Shown here: piece by piece, positions 49,826-61,648 of the stretch
Layout of the letters: every line of letters starts with the position of its first letter
Numbering within the stretch: the first letter of the stretch is position 1
Assembly: GCA_964016885.1 (NCBI GenBank)
Contig: OZ024741.1
Coordinates: 157,790,001-157,854,000, forward strand
Reading direction: 5' to 3'
Length of the DNA stretch: 64,000 nucleotides
Origin: Eledone cirrhosa
Lineage: Eukaryota
The notes under the pieces: generated by a model
What the model saw: the letters and a program-made list of their open reading frames with translations, nothing else
Told to the model about the DNA's origin: nothing
Database searches by the model: none
Position numbers and translations under genes: made by a program

Positions 49826-50477
49826 CTAAGGAAAAAATTAGAAATAAGAGGGATCAGATGTTGTTTACTCGAGAGAAGGCTACGTTGGTATGGTCACGTG
49901 ATGCGCATGAAGGATGATAGCTGTATAACAAAGTGCAGGGCAATAAAGATAGACGGTAGCCACGGAGTAGGCAGACCCAGAAAAACCTGGGACGAGCTGA
50001 TAAATTCCGACCTCACACTTACACCTCACCAAGACAATGTCACTGGACCGAGACCTTTGGCGGTACTCAGTAATAGAGAAGACCCGCCTTACCTAAATAC
50101 AAAGTAAAACCTACTACAGTCAGTAGGCATCTCTAACAAAATACACCCCGTCCCACCACCCCCACCCCATCCACACCGCCCCTTTCAATGTAAAGTTATG
50201 TTGGTGCCACAACATCCAGGCCGAAACAAATGAGATCGTGTAGGTGTCACATAAAAAAAACACACAGTTCACGCTGTAATGTGGCCGCGTAGGCAACACG
50301 GTAAAAACCTCCCAGCCCCACACTGTAAATGTGGTTGGTGTTAGGAAGGGCATCCAACTGTAGAAAACCTGCCAGACAGTCCTATGCGAGCAAGACAATC
50401 ACTCTTGCCTCAAGTGGGAATACCCCCATCCAAACCCATGCAAGCGTGGAACACGGACGTTAAACGTTGATGATGAT
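49826..50477 (+). mobile_element. Young RTE LINE copy 2 (5'-truncated, ~650 bp)
   Basis: Colinear with 55242-55890; (GAT)n tail. Confidence 0.92.
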
Positions 50478-50822
50478 CTATCTATCTAGGGCGGGTAAAA
50501 TTCCCGAGATCCATGGATGAGTTCTCTCCAGCGGTCTCTGTCCCTCATTATCGCTGCCATGTCCTGCGTTTCCAACAGACCAGTGTCTGTCCTTAGGGCA
50601 TCAACATATGTTAACCTTGGTCTTCCTCTTCCAGTGTGTCCATGCAGGGGCTCCCACAGGAGCACTGAGTGCAGTGTCAACTCTGGATGTCGGTGAGCAT
50701 GTCCAGCTAACCTCAGTCTCCTCTGTGTCACTTTATATACACATACATATCTCTCTCTCTCACTATATATATATACACTCACTCATACACACACACCTCT
50801 CTCTCTCACTATATATATATAT
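50476..50822 (-). repeat. 347-bp direct duplication, copy 2
   Basis: See copy 1 at 49479-49825. Confidence 0.92.
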
Positions 50823-51333
50823 ATATATAATGTGTGTGTGTGTGTGTGTTCATTTTATTAAGGCTAAAAAGTGAGTCTTGTTACTCGGGAAGGCAAAACT
50901 CCAGAATAACAAGACTCACTTTTTTGCCTTAATAAAATGAATATTTAAACTCTACTTCAGTTTTGAGTACTCTTTTCTATCAGCCGCTCACACTGGTATC
51001 TACCTGTCTGTGGTAGGGCCAATAACGCTGTTAGAACTCCATATAGTATGGAAGTAATATTTCTGAGATCAGATGATGAGAGTTCTTGTTTTTGTAGTAG
51101 GCTTTAATCATATTGGATTTCATTGAGCATTCAGAGCCCAGTCATTTACATATATTGAACATTGAAAACCAAAAACGAAGTTAAGTGCTTCATTAGTTCA
51201 TTGTTAGTGATTGTTTCAGGAGATTGATTGATCATGATATATATATATATATATATCATCATAATCGTTTTTACGTCCGTTTTTCCATGCTTCTCAATAC
51301 GGCATCTCTCCACATCCTTCATTATCTCCTATG

Positions 51334-51519
51334 GGCAGTGGATTGGCAGTATCAGTAGAGGGTCGGACGCCATGCTTTCTAGCGTAGAGTTACGTCCCTT
51401 TACGGACTGAGTTCAAATCCCTCCAAGGTTAACTTAGCCTTTCATCCTTACGGGGTCAATAAAATAAAGTACCAGTAATGTACTGGGTTATTGCTGGCCT
51501 TGTGCCAAAAGTAGAAACA
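51334..51519 (+). mobile_element. Full-length tRNA SINE family A with 13-bp TSD, inserted in an RTE relic
   Basis: ATTATCTCCTATG at 51321-51333 and 51520-51532. Confidence 0.9.
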
Positions 51520-52378
51520 ATTATCTCCTATGTTAGTCTCGGTGATCTGAGGTCAGCTCTCACAACTTCTGCCCAGGTCTTTCTCAGCCTACTTCCAATG
51601 GGATTTCTTGGTACTTCTTTACACATCGGTCATTGTTCATGCACATCATTTTTTCAAACCAATGCAGTCTTCTCTCCTGCACACCACCTTGGATTCCTCT
51701 TAAACCCAGTTTCTCTACCAACTCATCCAAGCTCTGCCTTTCTCTCACAATTAGATTGAACAGCTAACAAAGCATGATTGCTTCATTTCTGTCCAGTCTA
51801 CACATATCCTCTACATTCTCAGCTCATGTTTCACTACCATGCAGCATTACACTTTGCACACAGGTGTCATACACTGTGTGTTTATATATATATATATATA
51901 GTGGATATACTTAAGTAAAAGGGACTAACAATTTGACAATTAGTGATGTTGAAGACAAGGTTTCTGGAAGATGTGTCAAGAATTCTCTCTGTTAAGTAAT
52001 TTGGTTGTTGTGTGCATTTCCTCTTTGTATCAGTTATTTTCTTGCCCAACTAACCTACTCTAGTGACACATTCAATGTGGGCATGTGTGGGCAATTTGAG
52101 TTATTGTGTGAAAATAAACAACCACACCCATCTTATTGATCGTTGTCTTATTGTTATTTTTAGTTTTTGATAGTTTCTTTTATAATATTTACTTATTTCT
52201 ATCTTTATCTCCTGGTAAGTTACTAATTAAGATCATTTGTATATCGTATTAGTACCAAGCTACTACCTAGGACCATTTCTAAACAGTATTAGTGCCAACA
52301 TTTCTACCTTAAAATGTTTACAGAAATCAATATTTCAGAATTAAAAAAAAAATGTGTTTTTCCTATTTTATTTTTCAG

Positions 52379-52454
52379 GGCAGTAGGACAGGAACACCGG
52401 CGCCAGTTCTGGCCGCAGCAACAGTACCATCTACGGCTCCTCCTCAACAATACA
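52379..52454 (+). CDS. ITSN1: Intersectin exon, SH3D-E linker (GSRTGTPAPVLAAATVPSTAPPQQY)
   Basis: tttttcag acceptor and gtaagt donor; phase 0->1; P/T/A-rich. Confidence 0.8.
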
Positions 52455-52479
52455 GTAAGTATTCTTCTAGAATTATAAT

Positions 52480-54109
52480 CATTTCATGCCCATTATTCCT
52501 GCCAGCAAGAGTTGGAAGGGTCATTTTGTAATCAGTCAGCTATGATCATTGCCAATCTGGCACTTGCAGGCAGCAACAAAAACCAGAGCCATCTCCAATC
52601 TGCTTGCTTTGATTGGAAGAAAGCGGATTGGAACTTGTATTGCACTGAGCTACAGCGCCCAAACTGGCATGAGATGTATAACTCTGGAGATGTGAACACT
52701 ATACTCCAGAGCATCCTGGACTCAACATGGATAGCGTGCGCAGCATCCGTGCCACGTAAGCAGAAAAAAAACCACCCCAAAAGTGCAATTTGGGAAACTT
52801 CAGCGGTCCGACTTGCCAGGAATATAAACTGCATAAATCAGATGCCAACAGAAAAAAGCGGAATAAATCTTCTAACCATCTCAAGCAAGTGACAAAGAAG
52901 GCAGTGCTTGAATTTTAACAGTGCATAGCAACCAATCTTGACAGTAAGGTGTTCTGGAAATATGTTCATTCAAAGCAGAGACCTCACTCTCCAGTTGGTC
53001 CTCTTCACAATCCCCACACAAGCCAGATCACTGACGATCCCAAAGAATGCGCAAAACTCATTGCTGAGTGCTATGCAAGTATTTTTACTATTGAAAACCA
53101 GAATGTACCATCTCTAACATCAAATTCCATAACAACTATGGAATTTACACCTGCAATGTTGCGACGTCACCTTAAGAATAAGAGCAACTATGCCTCCCCT
53201 GGTCTTGATGGAGTTACATACCTGCTTCTCAAACGTGGTGGGTATTTCCTTTTGCGCCAGCTTTCTTTCTTCTTTCAATACTGTCTCAACAATGGTGCTA
53301 CTCCGGAGCACTGGAAAACTGCCAGTGTCATTCCCCTGTTCAACTATCGTCCAGTCAGTCTTACTAGCTGTATAGCCAAACTGATGGAATCCTGTGTCAG
53401 AGAAACACTTTGGAACTTCTGGAGCTCTCACAGCCTCATCCGGCCCTCGCAGTTTGGATTTATCCCTTACTCCAGCTGCTGTGATCAGCTTACCGAGTTC
53501 CTTGAAGACATCACCCGGATCACTGACAGCGGCTCATGGGTGGATGTTGTTTACCATGACTTTGCTAAGGCTTTTAATTCTGTGCCACACAAAAGACTTA
53601 TGGCAAAACTCTCTGCAATGGGTGTGAGGGATGATCTTTTCGACTGGTTGAAATTCTTCATTCTCAGCCGAAAAGAAGTAGTTACGGTTCTAGGACAGCA
53701 TTCTTCACCATATGAGATGTCATCTGGTGTACCACAGTGATCTGTTCTTGGGCCCCTTTTGTTTGTGGCATATATTAATGACATAGATGCCAACTTACAG
53801 AATGCCACGGTACTGAAATATGCAGATGACATCAAGCTGTACCTTGAAATCAAAAGGACTGATCCTGAAATCTACAACTCTTTCCTACAATCAGACCTGG
53901 ACACAATGCAGCAATGGATCACAGGCTGGCAACTGAAGCTGGCTGTGGACAAGTGTACCACCATGCATTTTGGGAGGAAAAATCCAGCGTCCACATACTC
54001 CCTCCACAACACTGATATCAAGAAGTCCTCTTGTGAACGTGACCTGGGCATTACTGTCAGCAGCGATTTGCGTTGGACAAAGCATGTCTCTAAGATTGTC
54101 AAGAAGGCC
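52480..54109 (+). mobile_element. CR1/Jockey-type LINE ORF2 fragment (3' end missing)
   Basis: ORFs 52512, 52949 (SPGLDG, YRPVSLTS, QFGF, DFAKAFNSVPH, SGVPQ) and 53759 (KYADD). Confidence 0.9.
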
Positions 54110-54112
54110 GTC

Positions 54113-55900
54113 AATTAATCGACCAGGTCATGAAGGTCACGGAAAAAGTAATAGCGCAACTAATCAGAGAGAGAATTGATCTAGATGAAATGCAGTTCGG
54201 GTTTGTGTCAGGCAAAAGTACCACAGACACTCTTTTCATTGTATGACAACTATAGGAGAAGTACCTAGCTAAAAGTAAACCCCTATACTTAGCTTTTGTC
54301 GACTTGGAGAAAGCCTTTGACAGAGTCCCCCGTTCCATTATCTGGTGGGCTCTTAGAAAACTAGGTGTTGATGAATGGCTATACAAGCCATGTATAAAGA
54401 AACAGTCAGCAAGGTTAGAATTAACAACGAATATAGTGAAGAGTTTAGCGTAAAAGTTGGTGTTCATCAGGGCTCTGTTCTTAGCCCCCTACTATTTATT
54501 ATTGCCCTTCAGGCTATAACAGAGGAGTTCAAGACCGGCTGCCCATGGGAACTCCTATACGCAGATGATCTAACGCTCATAGCTGAATCAATGGCCGAGC
54601 TAGAGAAGAAATTCCAAACATGGAAGCACGGCCTAGAATCAAAAGGCCTTAAAATTAACCTGGCTAAGACTAAAGTTCTAGTTTGTAGGAAAGAAAATAA
54701 GGCGCCGGTCCCTTCCGGGAAATGGCCATGCTCAGTGTGTAGGAAAGGCGTAGGTAGAAACTCCATTTTATGTCCCAAATGCAAAGTATGGGTGCATAAA
54801 AGATGTAGTGGGATCACAGGTAAGCTAACTAAGAACACAGATTTTACATGTGGCCGGTGCTCTGGTGCAATAAGAAGCAGCAATTGCCCACAAAATACTA
54901 GCTCTTTCAATTGCGCAGAGGGTTCTATAGAAATAGTGGACAGCTTCCGTTACCTGGGTGACAAAATCAGCAGTGGGGGAGGGTGCTCTGAAAGTACAGT
55001 AGCTAGAGTCAGAACTGGATGGAAAAAGTTCAGAGAGCTTATACCACTATTAGCCGCTAAAGGGTTCTCCCTAAAAATGAAAGGCAGGTTGTATGATGCC
55101 TGCATACGAACAGCAATGTTGCATGGCAGTGAGACCTGGGCATTGTGTGCAGAGGAAATACGCAGACTAGAGAGGAACGAAGCTTGCATGCTCCGCTGGA
55201 TGTGTAATAGTAATATACGTGAACGGCAAAGCATAAACGAACTAAGGAAAAAATTAGAAATAAGAGGGATCAGATGTTGTTTACTCGAGAGAAGGCTACG
55301 TTGGTATGGTCACGTGATGCGCATGAAAGACGACAGCTGTATAACAAAGTGCAGGGCAATAAAGATAGATGGTAGCCACGGAGTAGGCAGACCCAGAAAA
55401 ACCTGGGACGAGCTGATAAATTCCGACCTCACACACTTACACCTCTCCAAGACAATGTCACTTGACCGAGACCTTTGGCGGTACTCAGTAACAGAGAAGA
55501 CCCGCCTTACCTAAATACAAAGTAAAACCTACTACAGTCAGTAGGCATCTCTAACAAAATACACCCCGTCCCACCACCCCCACCCCATCCACACCGCCCC
55601 TTTCAATGCAAAGTTATGTTGGTGCCACAACATCCAGGCCGAAACAAATGAGATCGTGTAGGTGTCACGACAAAAAACTCACAGTCCACGCTGTACTGTG
55701 GCCGTGTAGGCAACACGGTAAAAACCTCCCAGTCCCACACTGTAAATGTGGTTGGTGTTAGGAAGGGCATCCAGCTGTAGAAAACCTGCCAGACAGTCCT
55801 ATGCGAGCAAGACAACCACTCTTGCCTCAAGTGGGAAAACCCCCGTCCAAACCCATGCAAGCGTGGAACATGGACGTTAAACGATGATGATGATGATGAT
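54113..55900 (+). mobile_element. Young RTE LINE copy 3 (RT domain with PHD-like insert, 3' UTR, (GAT)n tail)
   Basis: ORF 54375-55514: GVHQGSVLSPLLF, LLYADD, C4-H-C3 cluster, FRYLG, RRLRWYGHV and GRPRKTW. The upstream part has stops. Confidence 0.94.
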
Positions 55901-56149
55901 ATATATAAACACTAATCTCATCTACCTTATTTTGTTCATTATTTTACCCAGTACAAACTACTCATCCCCCACTCTTTCTCCCTCACCTCACTATTACAAG
56001 TTTCTTCCCTTTATTTTTCTTTTCTTTTGTTTCTCCTATTACAAATCTAACTCAATTACTACACTACTCAATCACTCAAAGAGTCACAAGATGAAAGTGA
56101 GATATTTTGGTGCTATTTTAGCATGCAGTCTACTGCATTATCTGTAGTC

Positions 56150-57000
56150 TACGTTGTGAAATGACCTTTAGCATGCAGTCTACCTTTTCATGTATGACTG
56201 GTCGATATAAAAGGGCAATCAGTATCCTTCTCAAATTGAACCTGATAACATCAGTGACACATTTTACCCACTACAATGCTATTAAAAGATTTCTACAGAC
56301 ATGTCATTTCAACAGAGGAAACAGCAGTTACATTTTTACAGAAAAACAATCTCCTGGATACACCACAAGAAGCAGATCCTTGCCATCTGCTTCTTGTGGT
56401 GCAAGAAAAACAGACTCTAACAGGAAAGTCTTCAAATACAATAATTGATTAGTATAAGTGCCGAGAGGAATGTGGAACCATTGTTTCTCATCTTCAACTG
56501 GATGAGATGGTTGGGACTGATGACAACACAATTCAGATTGATGAGGCAAGATTTGCTGGTCAATGGAAATAGAATCATAGGAGGATGCTTAATGGCAACA
56601 ATGTTCCTTTCTCTGAAGGTTGTGACAAAGATACACAAAACAACAGGAACCATGGACATAGAATTGATGGTGCTTGATCTCAAACAAGGCTCTGACTGTC
56701 AATACTTTTATGTGAAATGGTATGACAAAAACGCTATTACCCATCATTGAGTGAGAATGTGAAAACAGTTCATTGATTCATTTGTATGAATGGTCTGCAT
56801 ATGGTAATCTAAATGCCATGGGTTATTGCCATCTTGCAGTGAATCAAGAAAATTATGTGGATCCAGTGACACACTCAGGCTATTGAACAATCATGGTTAG
56901 ATTCCAAAACAAGGATATTAAAAAAATGATAGGTGTTAGAGGTGAGCTTCTCCAGTTTCACCTTGATCACTTTTGTTAGACAAACTTGCAGCAGATTTGT
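56150..57000 (+). pseudogene. Merlin (IS1595/ISXO2-like) transposase, decayed
   Basis: Frame-hopping read gives IQIDEARFAG..NHRRMLNG, NHGHRIDGA, TLLPII, IHLYEWSAYGNL, VN..NYVDPV, TQAIEQSW and LQFHLDHF, the Merlin DDE signature order. Confidence 0.8.
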
Positions 57001-57283
57001 TTGCCAAATTCCAATCCTTTAGAAATGCCACAAAGTTTTCACGGAGTGATGGCAGCAGATGTGTGCGCTTCGTGTGTATAGAAACGTGAGGTTCTGTAAA
57101 ACTACAAAGAAATTATGGCCATTTGCCAACTTTACGTAAACTGCTTCAAATTATTAGCGAAGTGTAATTAAAACTGATGTAAACAAAAAAAATACTAATT
57201 TGTTTGATTTACATACTGAAAGGAAAATATAGTCATAAATTTGGAAGAAATAGAAATAAACAAATAAACAGTGTTCACATATT

Positions 57284-59190
57284 ATAGATGAACTGGTTAG
57301 TAGGGGATATATGAGCTGGTTAGTAGGGGATAGATGAGCTAGTTAGTAAGGGATAGATGAGCTGGTTAGTAGGGGATAGATGAGCTGGTTAGTAGGGGGT
57401 ATATGAGCTGGTTAGTTGGGGATATATGAGTTGGTTAGTAGGGGGTATATGAGCTAGTTAGTAGGGGGGTATATGAGCTAGTTAGTAGGGGGGGGTATAT
57501 GAGCTAGTTAGTAGGGGGGGGGTATATGAGCTAGTTAGTAGGGGGGTATATGAGCTGGTTAGTAGGGGGGTATATGAGCTGGTTAGTAGGGGGGGGGGGT
57601 ATATGAGCTGGTTAGTAGGGGATAGATGAGCTGGGTAGTAGGGGAAATATGAGTTGGTTAGTATGGGATATATGATCTGGTTAGTGGGGGATATATGAAC
57701 TGGTTAGTAGGGGTTATACGAGCTTGTTAGTAGGTGGTATATGAGCTGGTTAGTAGGTGGTATATGAGCTGGTTAGTAGGTGGTATATGAACTGGTTAGT
57801 AGGGGATAGATGAGCTGGTTAGTAGGGGATATATGAGCTGGTTAGTAGGGGATATATGAGCTGGTTAGTAGGGGATATATGAGCTGGTTAGTAGGGGATA
57901 TATGAGCTGGCTAGTAGGGGATATATGAGCTGGTTAGTAGGGGATATATGAGCTGGTTAGTAGGGACTATATGAGCGGGTTAGTAGGGATATATGAACTG
58001 GCTAGTAGGGGGTATATGAGCTGGTTAGTTGGGGATAGATGAGCTGGTTAGTTGGGGATAGATGAGCTGGTTAGTTGGGGATAGATGAGCTGGTTAGTTG
58101 GGGATCGATGAGCTGGTTAGTAGGGGATAGATGAACCAGTTAATAGGGGATAGATCAGCCGGTTAGTAGGGGATATATGAGCTGGTTAGTAGGGGATATA
58201 TGAGCTGGTTAGTAGGGGATAGATGAGCTGGTTAGTATGGGATATATAAACTGGTTAGTAGGGGGTATATGAGCTGGTTAGTAGGGGATAGATGAGTTGG
58301 TTAGTAGGGGATATATGAACTGGTTAGTAGGTGATATATGAACCAGTTAATAGGGGATATATGAGCTGGTTAGTAGGGGATAGATGAACTGATTAGTAGG
58401 GGATAGATGAGCTGGTTAATATGGGATATATGAACTGGTTAGTAGGGAGTATACAAGCTGGTTAGTAGGGGGTATACAAGCTGGTTAGTAGGTGATATAT
58501 GAGCAGGTTTGTAGGGGATAGATGAGCTGGCTAGTAGGTGGTATATGAGCTGTTTAGTAGGGGATTTATGAACTGGTTAGTAGGGGATATATGAACTAGT
58601 TAGTAGGGGGTATAGGAGCTGGTTAGTGCGGATATATGAACTGGTTAGTAGGGGATAGATGAGCTGGTTAGTAGGTGGTATAGGAGTTGGTTAGTAGGGG
58701 ATAGATGAGCTGGTTAGTAGGGGATAGATGAGCTGGTTAGTATGGGATATATGAGCTGGTTAGTAGGGGATATATGAGCTGGTTAGTAAGCGATATATGA
58801 ACTGGTTAGTAGGGGATATATGAACAGGTTAGTAGGGGATATATGAGCTGGTTAGTAGGGGATACATGAGTTGGTTATTAGGGGGTATATGAGCTGGTTA
58901 GTAGGGTATAGATGAACTGGTTAGTAGGGGATATGAGTTGGTGAGTAGGGGATATATGAGATGGTTAGTAGTGGATATATGAGCTGGTTAGTAGGGGATA
59001 TATGAGCTGGTTAGTAGGGGATATATGAGCTGGTTAGTAGGGGATATATGAGCTGGTTAGTAGAGGAAATATGAGTTGGTTAGTAGGGGGTATATGAGCT
59101 GGTTAGTTAGGGGTATATGAGATGGTTAGTAGGGGGTATATGAACTGGTTAGTAGGGGATATATGAGCTGGTTACTAGGGGATATATATG
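57284..59190. repeat. 23-bp G-rich minisatellite, ~80 copies (GAGCTGGTTAGTAGGGGATATAT)
   Basis: Clear 23-bp periodicity over ~1.9 kb with variable G-run length. Confidence 0.97.
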
Positions 59191-60356
59191 CCTTTGTTTG
59201 TAATAAGTTGGAAAAGGCGCTGGCCCATGGAACATGTTAATTTCTGGATCTCCTCTAATGTTATACCATCAGATACATTCACTATTGCCTGCTACAGTTT
59301 ATTCTTGCTCGTAAATTGGTGGCCATTCTTGTAAACTCATCATTTTAGAATACTCCACAAGTTTTCTTGGGGGTTTGAGTCAGGGTAACATGCAGACCAC
59401 TTCATCTTCCGAGGTTCTCAGAATCTTAATTGTTGTAGATACTTTGTAGTTTTCTTTGCTGAGTGCGAGGGCGCATTATCTTGCATAAATATTATGGCTG
59501 TCTTGAAGGTGATCCTTCGCTTTTTTAACCAAGAGTCAGAAAGGCTATGTAAGCATCCGCTGTCATTTTATCACTGTCAGGCACTTTCCAAGAACCAATC
59601 TTGATGCTTTTTCCTCTTTGTTGACATCTCAAGCATTAATGGCGATCTCATCCATTTATAACCCATCCCTTGCTCCAGCCATTAGGTCCATCAAGAGTAG
59701 CTCGAGTTTCGTCCGTAAACAAAACTTCTGAAAAGTAAACCTTCATGTTCTTCTGCCCATTTCAGGCGATTTTGTGTATGTATGTGTATTTTGTTTAAAG
59801 GAGGCCATTTAACTGATGTCAGTGGTTTACCAACGTTTTTCAGAAGACAGCGGGTAGTTCTGGACATAGTTGTTTCACCAATACGTGTGAAAAGTTCTCA
59901 ATTTGTAAGACATGGGATCTTTACAGCTTCACACTTAATTTGTGACAGAGAACATTGAGAAACAGCCCTCGACTGACCCTTGTTGGCTCTCTTATGTATC
60001 TTCATAGGAGCTGTAACAAATCTTTTCACAGTTTGGTGATATCTTCCAATTATTTTTGATATTTCTAATGTTGATTTACCTTTTGCAAGTTCAGAAGAAA
60101 TAACAGATTTCCCTGAATCAGTTAAGTCACATTTACAACATATAATTACACAATTATCAGACCACTCGTTAATAATTTGGAACACTGAAAGTTCATGGAA
60201 ATCATGCAAATGGCCGTGGTTTGTTTACACTTGTGCAAAAGCACACCAGGTGCATATAACTGTTGCCATTGTTCTGTGGAATTTTCGTTGAATACCAATG
60301 AGTAGTTTTTGAGTACAATACGGGAGTGTTACGTTGTTAATATTTAAAACACAGTG
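59191..60356 (-). mobile_element. Tc1-family transposon, decayed transposase, 3' end cut off
   Basis: N-terminal HTH region in ORF 59898-60209; VLFTDETRATLDGPNGW, FMQDNAPSHSA and PDSNPQENLWSIL (DDE); TIR-like CACTGTGTTTTAAATATT at 60356. Confidence 0.85.
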
Positions 60357-60371
60357 CATATGTATATATGT

Positions 60372-60409
<38 letters not shown>

Positions 60410-60426
60410 ATGTATATATACAAATA

Positions 60427-60609
60427 ATTGTTTCTACTTTTGGCACAAGGCCAGCAATTCCAGTGCATTACTGGTACTTTATTTTATTGACCCCGTAAGG
60501 ATGAAAGGCAAAGTTAACCTTAGTGGGATTTGAACTCAGGGGCATAACTCTATGCTACAAAGCTTGGCGTCCGACGTTCTACTGATACTGCCAACCCACC
60601 CACCCACCC
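60427..60609 (-). mobile_element. tRNA SINE family A with 14-bp TSD
   Basis: TATATATACAAATA at 60413-60426 and 60610-60623. Confidence 0.85.
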
Positions 60610-60748
60610 TATATATACAAATACTAAATCAAAACATATCAAATATGTTTAGAATTTTGTGTTTTTCAATAAGCAAGCTCAATAGACAAGATCTAGAGTC
60701 ATAATAATCAAATGTTTCTTATATGATATATGGTTCTTTCTCTCTCTG

Positions 60749-60780
<32 letters not shown>

Positions 60781-61599
60781 TCTTTTTCATTTGGTTATGT
60801 ATATATATATGTATGTATGTGTGTGTATATGTATGTCTATATTCAAGCATATTTTGTTAAAATTCAGTTAAAATTCAGTTTCTCTATACTATCCTTCAAG
60901 GTCCTCTTTGCCTTTCATCCTTTCAAGGTCAATAAAAAAAGTACCAGTTTGGTACTGTGGTCAATCTCCTCCCCCTTCTCTCTCACTCTCTATCCTTCTC
61001 TAGAACAAATCTACGTTCAAATTTGGAGAGGAGATGGGCTCCACCAAGCTTAAAATTCCCAAGAAACAATGTATTCCACTACAGTGGCCATACGACTCCA
61101 TCAAGAGTTACAGGACCATACCATATTATACTGTCCTTAAGATGGAAAATTGGCTGAGTTTTTATGGCTAAAAAATAGGTCTAAATCTTTTGTAAGCCCG
61201 GAAGTTCATCAGAATGGTGCTTATCCCAGTTTTCTTGGCTTGAGCAACTGAAAGTACAAGACTCCCTTGGACAGGATCCCAGTCCATCACCTCAAGCTAC
61301 TGTTAGTAGCAATGTTCAGCTGGTTATACTGGAACAATGTGAAATTGAAATTAAATATTTTGCCTAAAAACTCTCTCTCTCTCATCTGATATCTTCAGAC
61401 ATGGAGAAGAGACGGGCTCCGTCAGGTTTACTCAACGACTGCCCCTTCAACTCCGACTAGGAGTTATGAGTGCATTAATAGTGTGTGTATATATATATAT
61501 ATATATGTGTATATGATAGGCTCCACCTGGCTTAAAATGACTAAGAAATGCTGTATGCCACTAAGGCGCCTTCACGACTCCAGGTGTTATGGAACTATA

Positions 61600-61644
<45 letters not shown>

Positions 61645-61648
<4 letters not shown>

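Larger units (their letters stand above)
2232..52454 (+). other. ITSN1: Intersectin gene (partial; multi-exon, coiled coil through SH3D and the SH3D-E linker)
   Basis: Phase-compatible GT-AG exon chain encoding four SH3 domains with intersectin-specific sequences: [66 protein letters not shown] and [42 protein letters not shown]. Confidence 0.93.

Noticed and set aside
57284-59190. Interstitial telomeric repeat
   Set aside because: The unit contains GGTTAGTAGGGG but no tandem TTAGGG, and the period is 23 bp.
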